A stretch of DNA of 64,000 bases from an uncultured Candidatus Saccharibacteria bacterium (GCA_964574655.1 CAZNOH010000001.1:471020-535019); one strand, 5' to 3'; counted from the stretch's first letter, positions 10,070 to 20,941 are shown. Notes: generated by a model from the sequence alone, not told the origin. Translations and numbers: made by a program.

Positions 10070-10982
10070 TAATATTACTCTTGGGGACTATTTGTTAGCT
10101 CATTCATCGAGTCTTAAAACAAAATTTTGCACATATTTTTTTAATTTTCGTAGTATTTTTGATGGCCGAAAATCTTTGATTTCGAAAAGAATTAAGCTAA
10201 ATGAATTGCTGTATGAGATAGAAACTATAAAATATTACCAGAGGTTACATTCTGGAAATAATAACTATAAGAACTTATCGATAGATGTTGATTCTATCGA
10301 ATTTTGTTATAATAATGAGCGTTTAAAATTTTTTTACGATTGCAAGCGTCAATTGAATAATACTTTAAGTATGACTGGAGAAAATTTTCTTGATGAACAG
10401 TTTAAAAATTTTCACGTTAGAGGCAAAAATGTTATAGATATTGGAGCAAATATTGGTGATACGGCAATATATTTTGCTTTAAATGGCGCAAAACGAGTTT
10501 TTGCTTACGAACCTTACCCTTATTCATATTTAATTGCTAAAAAGAATATTGAGAAAAACAAGTTAATGGAAAAAATAACACTTAGAAATATAGGTTGTGG
10601 AAAATCTGGTCATGTAAATATTGATGAGGGGTTTAAAAATGTTGCTGGCTGTAATATCAAAAAATTTAATGCTGGAAAAAAAATTCCAATTCATAATCTT
10701 TCTGAAATTATAAAAGAGTGCCATTTGAATAATTGCGTAATGAAAATTGATTGCGAAGGACATGAATATGATTTAATTATTAATTCTGATTCAAAAGATC
10801 TAAGATTGTTTAGTAATATTGCTATGGAGTATCATTATGGTTATATAGATTTAGAAAATAAACTAAAAAGCGCTGGTTTTAATGTAAAGAAAACGGCTCC
10901 GAGATATTTCCTAAATAATGAAGTTGCTAATAAAAAAATGTATGTTGGAATGCTTTATGCAACTAGACTTAATGTTTTATGA
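10056..10982 (+). CDS. FkbM-family SAM-dependent methyltransferase
   Basis: VIDIGANIGDTAIYFALNGAKRVFAYEP motif typical of FkbM-type sugar O-methyltransferases. Overlaps the flippase by 14 nt. Confidence 0.78.
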   Translation: MLNHNNITLGDYLLAHSSSLKTKFCTYFFNFRSIFDGRKSLISKRIKLNELLYEIETIKYYQRLHSGNNNYKNLSIDVDSIEFCYNNERLKFFYDCKRQLNNTLSMTGENFLDEQFKNFHVRGKNVIDIGANIGDTAIYFALNGAKRVFAYEPYPYSYLIAKKNIEKNKLMEKITLRNIGCGKSGHVNIDEGFKNVAGCNIKKFNAGKKIPIHNLSEIIKECHLNNCVMKIDCEGHEYDLIINSDSKDLRLFSNIAMEYHYGYIDLENKLKSAGFNVKKTAPRYFLNNEVANKKMYVGMLYATRLNVL

Positions 10983-12049
10983 AGATAAATTTTATTATTC
11001 CTTTTACAGGTGTTACTGGTGGCATTAAAGTAATTTTTGAATATGCAAATCGTTTGGTTTCTTGTGGTCATAAAGTTAATGTTATATTTCCTATCATTCC
11101 ATATAGATTAACTCAGGGAAAAAAGAACTTACGTTATTGGTATTATTATTGTATGGCATTAACAATAAATTTATTGGGCAGAACTTATCCTAAATGGTTT
11201 AGTAAAAAAATTAACTTTAATTTAAAATCATCTCCTTGGATTTGCAATTATTTTATTGATGATGCTGATATCACAGTTGCAACAGCATGGCCAACTGCGC
11301 AAGATGTTGCAAAATTGAATAGTTCAAAAGGGAAGAAGTTTTACCTTATACAGCATTATGAAATTGATTCGGGCAATAAGGATGAAGTTGATAAGTCTTA
11401 TTTATTGCCACTTAATCAAATTACGACATGTAAAAGAAATGCAGAAATATTGTTTAAAATTTTCGGCAAGAAAATTGATAACATTATTCCATATGGCGTT
11501 GATTTAGCTGATTTTTATATTGATCACAAAAAAGATAATGAGAAAAAGAGATTACTGCTTTATTATGATACTTACGAAAGAAAAGGTGGCGTTGATGGCT
11601 TGGCTGCTTTAGAATTATTGAAAAAAGAATATGATAATTTCGATATCGTTATTTTTGGCAGAGAAAAACCTGATTGTTCTTTTGACTTTGATTTTGTTCA
11701 ACAACCAATAACCCAAGAAAAACTAAGACAACTTTATTGTTCTGTCGATATTTTTGTGTATCCAAGTCGTTATGAAGGCTTTGGATTGCCACCAATGGAA
11801 GCAATGGCATGTGGTTGCGCTGTAGTTGCTACTGATGTAGGGGCAGTTACTGAATATTCTATTGCTGGCAAAACTGCATTAATTGTTCCGCCTTGCAATC
11901 CGCAAGCTCTATCACAATCAATTTTGAGGTTATTAGCAGATGAATCTTTGTTGAATCAAATTTCCTATAAAGGAAACGAACATATTAATAATTTTAAGTG
12001 GCAGAATTCAGTTGACAAATTAGTAAATGTTTTTAAATCTACAATATAA
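10979..12049 (+). CDS. glycosyltransferase family 4 (GT-B)
   Basis: C-terminal EGFGLPPMEAMACGCAVVATDVGA motif. ATGA overlap with the upstream gene. Confidence 0.8.
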   Translation: MKINFIIPFTGVTGGIKVIFEYANRLVSCGHKVNVIFPIIPYRLTQGKKNLRYWYYYCMALTINLLGRTYPKWFSKKINFNLKSSPWICNYFIDDADITVATAWPTAQDVAKLNSSKGKKFYLIQHYEIDSGNKDEVDKSYLLPLNQITTCKRNAEILFKIFGKKIDNIIPYGVDLADFYIDHKKDNEKKRLLLYYDTYERKGGVDGLAALELLKKEYDNFDIVIFGREKPDCSFDFDFVQQPITQEKLRQLYCSVDIFVYPSRYEGFGLPPMEAMACGCAVVATDVGAVTEYSIAGKTALIVPPCNPQALSQSILRLLADESLLNQISYKGNEHINNFKWQNSVDKLVNVFKSTI

Positions 12050-12051
12050 GA

Positions 12052-13149
12052 ATGAAACATGATAATTTAAAAATTTATTTTTTTCCTGATGGTCAAGAAG
12101 CTTACGATCCTTCAAGCAGATATCGCTGTTTTAATATTTATCGAGAATTTGTTAAAAATAATGTTGATTGTGTTTTAGTCGAATCGCCTTTTGGTTTTAG
12201 TTTCGATTTTTATAGTTTTTTCAGAAAATTGTTTACAATTTTTAGAATTACTCTGAAACGACATTTTTGTTTGGTCAAGACAGTGTTAAATCTTGATAAG
12301 AAAAAGAATAATTATCTTTTTCTTCAGCGTGGTTTGAATGTTGGCACTGTTAGTTTAGTTTTATTTTCGAGATTTTTTTATAAATTTAAAGTTATCTTTG
12401 ATTTAGATGATGCAATTTTTTATCTCGATTTTTTAAAAGGCAGAGTAGACAAAATGTTAAAATTTTGTGACATTGTAGTTGTTGGTAGTCATTATTTGCA
12501 AGAATATGCAATAAAATTGAATAAAAATGTTTATCTAATTCCTACATCTTTAGATCTGGCTGGCAGATATTCTAAACAAAAACTTTTTGATGATTTTGAT
12601 GATAAACTTGTTAAAATTGGCTGGATTGGCAGTTATTATAATTTAAAATATCTTAATGTTTTAGTTGAATCATTAAATAATTTAGCTAAAAAGTATTCTT
12701 TAGAAATTATTATAATCGGTCCTAAGCAAAAACCAAAATTAGAATTTTCTAATTTAATTAAGATAAACTATATTATTTGGAATGATAAAACTGAAATTGA
12801 TGATTTATTGAAGATCGATATTGGCGTAATGCCATTATTTGATTCTAATGTTGAACGTGGCAAATGCGCATTTAAAGCAATACAATACATGGCTTTAGGA
12901 ATCCCAACCGTAGCAAGTTCTGTTGGAGAGAATAATTATCTAATTCAAGATGGACAAAATGGTTTTTTGGCATCAAATTCAAAGGAATGGGAAGAAAAAA
13001 TTGAAAAATTGATTTTAGATGCGAACTTAAGAAATAAGTTCTCTATTGAAGCAAAAAAAAGAATAATTGATAATTATTCTTTAGATAAAAATGCTTTGAA
13101 ATTATTGGAAATAATTGAAAATAATTTATCTTTTAAAAGGGTTTCTTAA
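12052..13149 (+). CDS. glycosyltransferase group 1 (GT4-like)
   Basis: AIQYMALGIPTVASSVGENNYLIQDGQNGFL C-terminal GT-B motif. Confidence 0.75.
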   Translation: MKHDNLKIYFFPDGQEAYDPSSRYRCFNIYREFVKNNVDCVLVESPFGFSFDFYSFFRKLFTIFRITLKRHFCLVKTVLNLDKKKNNYLFLQRGLNVGTVSLVLFSRFFYKFKVIFDLDDAIFYLDFLKGRVDKMLKFCDIVVVGSHYLQEYAIKLNKNVYLIPTSLDLAGRYSKQKLFDDFDDKLVKIGWIGSYYNLKYLNVLVESLNNLAKKYSLEIIIIGPKQKPKLEFSNLIKINYIIWNDKTEIDDLLKIDIGVMPLFDSNVERGKCAFKAIQYMALGIPTVASSVGENNYLIQDGQNGFLASNSKEWEEKIEKLILDANLRNKFSIEAKKRIIDNYSLDKNALKLLEIIENNLSFKRVS

Positions 13150-14127
13150 AGCTTTTGGACTTGTTCTCAATTGATATGGCAACAGTCTATGCGGACTGTT
13201 TTTTAATAGTTCTTGATCAGAAATTTTCCGATTTTTGAATAATGATTGCTGTTTTTTGTAGTTTTTAAAAGCCTTAATCATTCCATATAAACCAGCTGGT
13301 GCGGAAAAATCTAAGACTAGCAAATCTAGAGGAAGAATCAACAATTTGTAAAATAGATATTTTGTAATTGATTTTGGCAATGTTTTTTTATCTAGATTCT
13401 TTAATAAAGTTTTTAGATAGTCCTTTTCAAAGATATATCTACGTCTATATAGTTCTTTGAAAGATATTTTTTTAGAATCTTTGGCAATTTTATAATGGTA
13501 GACTATAGATTTTGGTACATAGAAATTTTTATAACCACAGAGTCTAATTCGCCAGGATAAATCAACATCATCACAAAAGAACTTGTATTTTTCATCAAAT
13601 TGTCCAGCTTCATAAAATGCTTTTTTTGAAACTAGCCAAGAAGTAATACCAAAATGTACTTCTCGTGATTCATTATTATCATCTAAACAATTTGCAAATT
13701 GCGGAGAAAAAAAACCGTTTCTGTCTATTATTCCGCCTCTCACAAATGAAGATTTGGTGCCTGTATCAATAATCTGACTAGTGCAAAGTCCTGCATTTTG
13801 CTGTGAAGTAATTGTCGAGACTAATTCTAGAAGCCAATTTTTATCAACTTTTGTATCGTTATCCAAAAAAAGAAAATATTCACCTTGAGCATATTTTGCA
13901 CCCTTGTTAAGAGCTTTTGAATAACCGAGATTGGAATCGCAAACAACAAGCTTAACTTTTGAAAAATTTTTTGTTATAAATTCTACACTGTCATCTGTAG
14001 AATTATTATCTATTAAAATTACCTCAAAGTTCTGATAAACATTTTTGTATATCGATGGCAAGCATTTTTCTAAAAATTTTTCGCCATTAAAATTCGGAAT
14101 TAAAATTGATACTTTAGGATATTGCAT
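13126..14127 (-). CDS. glycosyltransferase family 2
   Basis: VSILIPNFNGEKFLEKCLPSIYKNVYQNFEVILIDNNSTDDS. The DxD region follows. Confidence 0.8.
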   Translation of the reverse strand: MQYPKVSILIPNFNGEKFLEKCLPSIYKNVYQNFEVILIDNNSTDDSVEFITKNFSKVKLVVCDSNLGYSKALNKGAKYAQGEYFLFLDNDTKVDKNWLLELVSTITSQQNAGLCTSQIIDTGTKSSFVRGGIIDRNGFFSPQFANCLDDNNESREVHFGITSWLVSKKAFYEAGQFDEKYKFFCDDVDLSWRIRLCGYKNFYVPKSIVYHYKIAKDSKKISFKELYRRRYIFEKDYLKTLLKNLDKKTLPKSITKYLFYKLLILPLDLLVLDFSAPAGLYGMIKAFKNYKKQQSLFKNRKISDQELLKNSPHRLLPYQLRTSPKALRNPFKR

Positions 14128-15319
14128 TTTTGTAAATGTTTTCTAAGGCTAAAAGATGTTTTTCAATTGTATAATTATTGATCAAATCTTGATATGCATT
14201 ATTCGTCAGTTTTTGTCTTAATTCTTTATCTTTTATCAACAATTCAATCTTTTCTTTCAAATCATTACTATTGCCTACTTTGAAATATAAACCATTTTGA
14301 TTGTTTTTTATTAACTCCTTCATTCCTCCTATTTCGCTAACTATCAAGGCTGTTTTATTCTTAAATCCTTCATAAATTGTAACTGGTGAATTTTCATACC
14401 AAATTGATGGCACAATAGCTATATCTGCTTTTTGCCATAATTCTTGTTTTTCTTTTCCAGAAATGAAACCATAAAATTTAATTTTCTTATCGTAGCTGAA
14501 ATTGTGTTGCAATTTTTTAAATAGAGGACCATCTCCTGCAATATGCAAAATGACATTTTTATTTTTTAGCTTTGTAAATGCTTCAAGTAAAATATTAATG
14601 CCCTTATGTGTCACTAACTGTCCGAAATAGACAATATTAATATAATTATCCTGAATTTTTTCAGCTAAGTCTAGATTAATGCCAAGTGGCAAGCAAATAT
14701 TTTTTGATTTTTTGAAAAAACCAAGCTGGGTGTGTTTATCGAGAGTGAATTGTGAAGGCGCTAGCACAATTTTTGCAGATTGCGAAAATTTTCTTTTAGA
14801 TTTATAAAAAAAAATTTCGAGCGAATTAAATTTTGAAATTATTTTGTTGTTTCTAAAAAGCATTGCCCATGGACTTAAGAATTGATAGTCGTGTAAAGTA
14901 TGTACTTGTGGAATATTTTGACTTTTTATCGCTGAAAAAATTGATGTAGAAAATCCTGTAACATTATGAGTATGGACTAAATCTGGTTTTTCTTTTTTCA
15001 GAATTTCTTTTATCTGTAAATATGAATGAATATTCCACAAATCAAAAAAATGCCATAAAGGCTTTAAATAAATAGGCTTTTTGTCGGCATCTTTGGAATG
15101 ATAAATATTCAGTGGATAAAAACGGTATATTTTGAGTTTATTATTTATAATTTCTGATTTAGCTTTGAGATCGCTAATGTTTTTAAATGGTTTTGTGGTA
15201 ATCAGAATGACCTGATTGTCAGTTTGCTTTGTTATATATTCAACAATTTTTTCAACATAAATTTCAGCGCCACCTAGCACATATGGTTCATAAAGATTGG
15301 AAATGATAGCAATTTTCAT
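14114..15319 (-). CDS. glycosyltransferase family 4
   Basis: N-terminal MKIAIISNLYEPYVLGGAEIYV and C-terminal GT-B domain. Confidence 0.8.
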   Translation of the reverse strand: MKIAIISNLYEPYVLGGAEIYVEKIVEYITKQTDNQVILITTKPFKNISDLKAKSEIINNKLKIYRFYPLNIYHSKDADKKPIYLKPLWHFFDLWNIHSYLQIKEILKKEKPDLVHTHNVTGFSTSIFSAIKSQNIPQVHTLHDYQFLSPWAMLFRNNKIISKFNSLEIFFYKSKRKFSQSAKIVLAPSQFTLDKHTQLGFFKKSKNICLPLGINLDLAEKIQDNYINIVYFGQLVTHKGINILLEAFTKLKNKNVILHIAGDGPLFKKLQHNFSYDKKIKFYGFISGKEKQELWQKADIAIVPSIWYENSPVTIYEGFKNKTALIVSEIGGMKELIKNNQNGLYFKVGNSNDLKEKIELLIKDKELRQKLTNNAYQDLINNYTIEKHLLALENIYKNAIS

Positions 15320-15321
15320 TA

Positions 15322-16857
15322 TTAGAGCTTATATTGGTCAATTTGGTAGATCTTTATTATTATAGAGTCTTTTTTGTATGTGTCAACCTTTGTTAAGAAA
15401 TCCGCACTATCTAGGTAGTGGTCGAACTTAAAGTCGCACTGAATTGGTATCCAACCTAAAGGTTGGTTGCGATAATAAATGAAATCGATATTGTTTTCTT
15501 TATAAAATTTTTTAGAACTATCAGCATTTGGATGATATAGAACACTATCATTGCATTCGGTACCAATAAAATTATCTTGAGATTGATAGAATAAAAATAC
15601 GAATGGGCCTGGAATATCGCTAAGACCTTTTAAAGTTGGACTTAATAAAATGTTTTTTTGTCCGGGAAATTTATCGTTTAGGTTCATGATAGCTTTATAA
15701 TCCAAATATTTCATGTCAGGAACATAATCTAAATTATTAGCAATGGTTTTAGGAATATAAATAAAAACTGATATTAATATAAAAAGGCTTAGAATAATTT
15801 TTCTATACCTATTTTGGGTTAAAATAAAGGAGAAAAATGAACAATAAATAACTAAAACTAAAGTTAAATCGCGAGAAAATCTTTCAGTTTCAATTCCGTA
15901 CTTCGTTCTTGAGCCAAAGAGCAAGAATAAAAATGCAACTATTAATATAATTGCGGCTATTCTTTTTTCTGGATTTTTATAATATAAATATATTGCTGGA
16001 ATTGAAAATAAGAAAATCAGCCATAAAAATTTGTTTGTATGGCCTATAAATTGGTCAAAAGATTTTGGACCGATTATCGGCACGCCGATTATTGACTGAT
16101 TTTTGTCTAAAGAAATATTTTGATTGCTAATATTTTTGTAAAAAATAGGAGCAAAGTATGAAGTAATAATCTGATATGGATTAATCAAAGCTAATATTGT
16201 AAAAATTAGTATCAGAATTAATGCTTTTTTCTTGATTTCTTTACCTTTGATAAATATTAAAATTCCTATCAAAGAAATAATTATGATAACTGTCGGATAT
16301 AAAAATCCAACGGTATGTAGAATTCCATTGTTAAAATAAAAGATTATGCAAACTAAAAGACAAGAAATTTTATTTTCTTTGAGATATTTATACAGATACA
16401 AAAATATTAAAGGCATAAAGAAAAAAACTGCCAAAACATTCACGACTGTAGCATCTCGCAAATACCATGCAGGATGATAAGAAATTAAGGCCATTAGAAA
16501 TACGGCCAAAAGTGCTGATTTTTCATTAATAAATTTTCGAACTAAGAGGTATAGACTAAGTAAAACAAGACAAGAAATGAACGGGACAATAATGATGAAT
16601 AGTTGGACAATACTTATGCCAGTAACAAAGTGCAACGCGCTAAGAACAATATGAAATGACGTTGGATAATTAATCCCATTGTTATTTCCTTGATCGATAA
16701 TCTGTTGAGTCATCCAAAGATGGCTAGTTGCATCACCACCGCGAGGGTAAATTATTTCGTTGCTAATAATTAAGGGTAAATATTGGATTAGAGCAACGAA
16801 AAAGATGATACAAATTAGGACTATTAAATTTAAATTTTGTTTTATAAATGATTTCAT
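15322..16857 (-). CDS. polytopic membrane protein, putative GT-C-type glycosyltransferase or glycan polymerase
   Basis: 511 aa, more than 10 TM helices, and an acidic first-loop motif IYPRGGDATSHLWMTQQ like GT-C enzymes. ATGA-coupled to the flanking glycosyltransferases. Confidence 0.55.
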   Translation of the reverse strand: MKSFIKQNLNLIVLICIIFFVALIQYLPLIISNEIIYPRGGDATSHLWMTQQIIDQGNNNGINYPTSFHIVLSALHFVTGISIVQLFIIIVPFISCLVLLSLYLLVRKFINEKSALLAVFLMALISYHPAWYLRDATVVNVLAVFFFMPLIFLYLYKYLKENKISCLLVCIIFYFNNGILHTVGFLYPTVIIIISLIGILIFIKGKEIKKKALILILIFTILALINPYQIITSYFAPIFYKNISNQNISLDKNQSIIGVPIIGPKSFDQFIGHTNKFLWLIFLFSIPAIYLYYKNPEKRIAAIILIVAFLFLLFGSRTKYGIETERFSRDLTLVLVIYCSFFSFILTQNRYRKIILSLFILISVFIYIPKTIANNLDYVPDMKYLDYKAIMNLNDKFPGQKNILLSPTLKGLSDIPGPFVFLFYQSQDNFIGTECNDSVLYHPNADSSKKFYKENNIDFIYYRNQPLGWIPIQCDFKFDHYLDSADFLTKVDTYKKDSIIIKIYQIDQYKL

Positions 16858-17963
16858 AATTGACGATATAGAGCTACTACTTTTTGTGTAATCTTTTTTA
16901 TACTAAATTGTTGTGCTGTTTTTATTGTATTAGTTATTAATTCTTCTTTATATTTTTTATTGCTTAAAATCTTTATAATACTTTCAGCTAAGAGTTGTGA
17001 ATTTCTTGGCTCGATAACAATACCTGAATTATTATCTTTAATTTCTTTTGCCATACCAGCAATTTTAGTGGTAATTACTGGCGTGCCACATGCCAAGGCT
17101 TCAACCAAAACAATGCCGAAACCTTCTTGTTCTTTATCAATTGATGGCAAAATAAATATTTCTGATTTATTGTAATATTCCACAAGCTTGTTATCTGGAA
17201 TAAATCCAAGAAATTCAACATTCTTTTCAATGCTTAATTGTTTTACTTTGTTTTTATAATAATCCAAAAGCTTGCCTCTACCACCAATATTTAGTTTTAT
17301 ATCTGGAATTTTGTTTTTGACAATTTTTATTGCATCTAGTAAATAATCTAAACCTTTATATTTGTGATATTCATCAAGAATACTGAGAAAAAATAAAGAA
17401 TTCTTTTGTTTAGGAATATTTATTTTCTTAAATCTATTAGTATCTATGCCAACAGGAATGTAAACAACTTTAGAGGCATATCTTTTTAGATGTGGCGATG
17501 TTTTGAGGTAATCTGGACCAATAATGATGATTCTATCTGCTAGGCTTAAAGTAATTCTTAAAAAAGTTGCATTATATATTTTGGAAATAGTATTACCTAT
17601 CCCCTGCCCAATTATATCATTACAATAAGAAACAACTACTTTTTTTCTTCGTAATTTACCAATAACCGCTGACCAGTCGGCGCTCCACGGAGTTGGTAGA
17701 TAAGTATGGACTAAATCATATTTTTCTTTTAGTAATCTGAATGGCAATGATAAGGTAATATTTGTGTTAGCAATTTTTAAAAATGATCTTAGTCTTTTTA
17801 TTTTTATGCCTTTATATTCTTTAATGTCTGATTTCGGCTCATCAGCACAAATAACTTCAACTTTGTTGCCTTGTCTTGCTAATTCTTGAGAAAGATCAAG
17901 AGCGTATTTCTCAACTCCACCTGTTGCTGGATAAAATCTAATTGGAGTTTGAAGCATTTTCAT
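16854..17963 (-). CDS. glycosyltransferase family 4
   Basis: EGFGIVLVEALACGTPVITTKIAGM motif. Confidence 0.8.
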   Translation of the reverse strand: MKMLQTPIRFYPATGGVEKYALDLSQELARQGNKVEVICADEPKSDIKEYKGIKIKRLRSFLKIANTNITLSLPFRLLKEKYDLVHTYLPTPWSADWSAVIGKLRRKKVVVSYCNDIIGQGIGNTISKIYNATFLRITLSLADRIIIIGPDYLKTSPHLKRYASKVVYIPVGIDTNRFKKINIPKQKNSLFFLSILDEYHKYKGLDYLLDAIKIVKNKIPDIKLNIGGRGKLLDYYKNKVKQLSIEKNVEFLGFIPDNKLVEYYNKSEIFILPSIDKEQEGFGIVLVEALACGTPVITTKIAGMAKEIKDNNSGIVIEPRNSQLLAESIIKILSNKKYKEELITNTIKTAQQFSIKKITQKVVALYRQL

Positions 17964-18014
17964 AAATAATACTAGATTAATAAGTAGCGTAACTAAATTT
18001 ACGCTACCAATAAT

Positions 18015-18548
18015 TTAATATACTGTTATAAAGAAACCTTGACCTTGTAAGGTATGAATATATGCAGAGTTACCTGTTATTGATTTAATATATGTATTTC
18101 CGGAATACATAGTAATGCCATAAGGTGTTATTTGAATATACTTATTCGAAACATCAGATCCAAAATTTATTGTAAATTCTCCTGTTGAATAATTTATCGC
18201 GGTTATTTGTTGACTAGATAGCTTATTAAATGATTTGATTACTCTTCCATCGCTAGCTATTTCTGCGCTTGCTTTTATGAGTCCATCTGATTCATATACT
18301 TGTGTACCTTTTAAAATGCCATTAATTTTGAGATCATCATTAATCACAACTGGCTTATTTTTGACTGGATTTCTAATACTGCCCTTTAAGTTAAGTTTTC
18401 CATTATTGCTATCTGTTCCAACGGTTAGAACTTTTTGAATTAGACCATCACTAATAGTCCAAATTGATGCTGCACTTGCGAAAGCGGTTGATAATAGCAA
18501 CACGCCTCCTAAAACAAGCGACAGAATCAAAACTTTTTTGTTCTTCAT
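18015..18548 (-). CDS. secreted or signal-anchored surface protein, paralog of 56946..57704
   Basis: N-terminal MKNKKVLILSLVLGGVLLLSTAFASAAS signal, then SIWTISDGLIQKVLTVGTDSNNGKLNLKGSIRNPVKNKPV matching the N-terminus of the 56946 gene residue for residue. Shared C-terminal GFFITVY. Confidence 0.7.
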   Translation of the reverse strand: MKNKKVLILSLVLGGVLLLSTAFASAASIWTISDGLIQKVLTVGTDSNNGKLNLKGSIRNPVKNKPVVINDDLKINGILKGTQVYESDGLIKASAEIASDGRVIKSFNKLSSQQITAINYSTGEFTINFGSDVSNKYIQITPYGITMYSGNTYIKSITGNSAYIHTLQGQGFFITVY

Positions 18549-18559
18549 TTTGTTTTATA

Positions 18560-19687
18560 TTATTTATTATAAATATTTTGATAATATTTTTCTAAATCTA
18601 AAATTATATTTTGCCAATCATATTTTTTGGCTTCAGTTATGGCTTGCTTTTTAAATTTTGGATAACTATTTTTATCTCGCAAAAATTTAATTATTTTAGC
18701 TGCTAGATCAAATTCATCAAAATTAGCAATAAAACCATTGTAATTATCTTTGATTAAATCTTTGGCAGCATTTTCTTGATGATTTATTGCAATAACTGGC
18801 ACTCCGCATGCATTGGCTTCACAAAGAGTAATTCCAAAACCTTCGCGCGTGGAAGGAAGAACGAATAGCTTAGCTGATTTTAAATAGCTGAATAAGTCTT
18901 GTTTGTTCTCTAAGAAATTCTTAAAACTGATATTTTTATTAAGTTGATATCTGTTAACCAGTTCTTGCAGCTTGTCTTTTTCTGGACCCTCACCGATTAC
19001 TAGACAGCGAATATTGATAATTTCTTTTTGAACTAGTTTAATTGCCTTGATTAAAAGATCAATATTTTTTTCTTTAATAAATCTGCCTGCAAAAATAATA
19101 TCGTATTTTTCTATTTGACTATTTATTTTAGTAATATCGTCATATTCGATGCCTACTGGCAAAACCTTGATGTTTGGTTTATTTATTCTTTGCTTTGTCA
19201 ACTCTGAAATAGAAATTATGTTTGGCGATAATTTAAGTACTAATTTTTCTATTATACGGCCAATAAAGCCAAGAGATCCTAGATATTTGTTCCAAGATTC
19301 TCCCCAAAATTCAAACCAAGTAACAACTAATGGCACTTTTTTAAATTTTGAATATAGCCAAACAGGAAAAACTGAAAAATATGGGAATGCGGCGCAATCT
19401 ATTACATCAAATTTTTCTTTGAATAACGGTCTAATTAATTTAAATGCAAAATAAATTGGCTGGATAAAATTTCTTCTGCCTTCTTTTGAATAAAGTTTTA
19501 AAGCTTTGCAAACACCATGAAGATAAACACCATTTTGTTTAATAATATTATTCCCCTGCCAAAACTTCATGCCGAATAAGTGAACTTCGTGTTTATTCTT
19601 TAATCTTTGAGCAATTTCAAAATAACGTTTTTCTCCCCCGCCTTTTACATATGGATATATGCAGTCGTAAATTAAAGCTATTTTCAT
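18560..19687 (-). CDS. glycosyltransferase family 4
   Basis: EGFGITLCEANACGVPVIAINHQ motif. Confidence 0.8.
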   Translation of the reverse strand: MKIALIYDCIYPYVKGGGEKRYFEIAQRLKNKHEVHLFGMKFWQGNNIIKQNGVYLHGVCKALKLYSKEGRRNFIQPIYFAFKLIRPLFKEKFDVIDCAAFPYFSVFPVWLYSKFKKVPLVVTWFEFWGESWNKYLGSLGFIGRIIEKLVLKLSPNIISISELTKQRINKPNIKVLPVGIEYDDITKINSQIEKYDIIFAGRFIKEKNIDLLIKAIKLVQKEIINIRCLVIGEGPEKDKLQELVNRYQLNKNISFKNFLENKQDLFSYLKSAKLFVLPSTREGFGITLCEANACGVPVIAINHQENAAKDLIKDNYNGFIANFDEFDLAAKIIKFLRDKNSYPKFKKQAITEAKKYDWQNIILDLEKYYQNIYNK

Positions 19688-19768
19688 ATCGTAAATTTAC
19701 ATGAATTAACCACAAATTTCGCTAGCCTTTGTGCTATTTGTAATAAATTTGTGTAAATTCGAGACAGA

Positions 19769-20941
19769 TTAGTCTTCATTTTTCGTATGAATATTTAGAA
19801 TACTTAAGAAGAAAGCGGAGAAAATAGTTTGGATGCCGATGACGATTAATGTTAACGAGGCTAGTGTTTTCCTGATCTCAAATAAATTGCCATATTGCGC
19901 TTCTTTCCATTTCCAAAAAACAAATCCTGCCAATATTGTACCAGCTATAATAAAAAGTAATCCAAAATATAATGTTTTTTCTAAAGAAAAATATTTGTTA
20001 AAATAGCGAACAGTTTTACCCTCTTTTTCTAATCCCTTATTATATGCATAAAGTTTACCGAATATACCGAAAGAAAAAACTTGATAGCCTAGTATTGCTA
20101 AAAATGAGCCCAAAAACATTGGATGCAGATCTAAAGTTGCCGTTCCTATCTGGATTGGGCCAAACATCATTCTGATTGAAAATAATAAGCCACTAACAAA
20201 TAGGACTAAACCTGGAATAAGAAATAAATAGTTTGGGCTATATAATAGCATAAAGCGTAGATGACGCCATCCATCAGAGAAAGTATTGAGTTTTGATTCC
20301 CCTTTTCTCACGCCATAGTAAATAGGAATTTCAGAAATTTTTAGATTTTCTTTTCCAGCTTTGATAATCATTTCAGAAGCATATTCCATGCCAGTAGTTT
20401 GCAGATTAAGCTTGTTGTAGGCGTCACGTGAAAATGCTCTCATACCACAATGGGCGTCTCTGACGCCAACTTTGAACATTGTTCTCAAAATTCCGGAAAG
20501 TATTGGATTGCCAACATAGCGATGCAAAAATGGCATGGCTTCTTTTTGCATTGGATAAGCAAAGCGATTGCCAATCACAAAATCTTGCCCTTCCTGAATT
20601 GGCCTGACAAAAGAATCAATTTTAGTAAAATCATATGTATCGTCAGAATCGCCGATAATGATGATCTTGCCTTTTGCTTCAGCAATTCCTTTGTGGTAGG
20701 CATTGCCATATCCTTTGCTTGGTTGAAAAACAACTTTGGCGCCTAATTTTTTAGCAATATTTATTGAATTGTCAGTTGAACCATTGTCAGCAACGATGAT
20801 TTCGGCATTAAGATTTAATTTTTTTATGGCTTGTTTGGCTTTTGCAATACAAGAACCGATTGTCTTTTCTTCATTCAAACAAGGCATAACAATAGATAAT
20901 TGAGGATATTTTTTTTGTTGAACAGGGGGGTATACAGCCAT
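19769..20941 (-). CDS. GT2 polyprenol-phosphate glycosyltransferase (DPM1/GtrB/ArnC-like) with C-terminal TM helices
   Basis: LSIVMPCLNEEKTIGSCI ... ADNGSTDNS ... IIIGDSDDT GT2 core followed by about 4 C-terminal hydrophobic helices. Confidence 0.75.
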   Translation of the reverse strand: MAVYPPVQQKKYPQLSIVMPCLNEEKTIGSCIAKAKQAIKKLNLNAEIIVADNGSTDNSINIAKKLGAKVVFQPSKGYGNAYHKGIAEAKGKIIIIGDSDDTYDFTKIDSFVRPIQEGQDFVIGNRFAYPMQKEAMPFLHRYVGNPILSGILRTMFKVGVRDAHCGMRAFSRDAYNKLNLQTTGMEYASEMIIKAGKENLKISEIPIYYGVRKGESKLNTFSDGWRHLRFMLLYSPNYLFLIPGLVLFVSGLLFSIRMMFGPIQIGTATLDLHPMFLGSFLAILGYQVFSFGIFGKLYAYNKGLEKEGKTVRYFNKYFSLEKTLYFGLLFIIAGTILAGFVFWKWKEAQYGNLFEIRKTLASLTLIVIGIQTIFSAFFLSILNIHTKNED

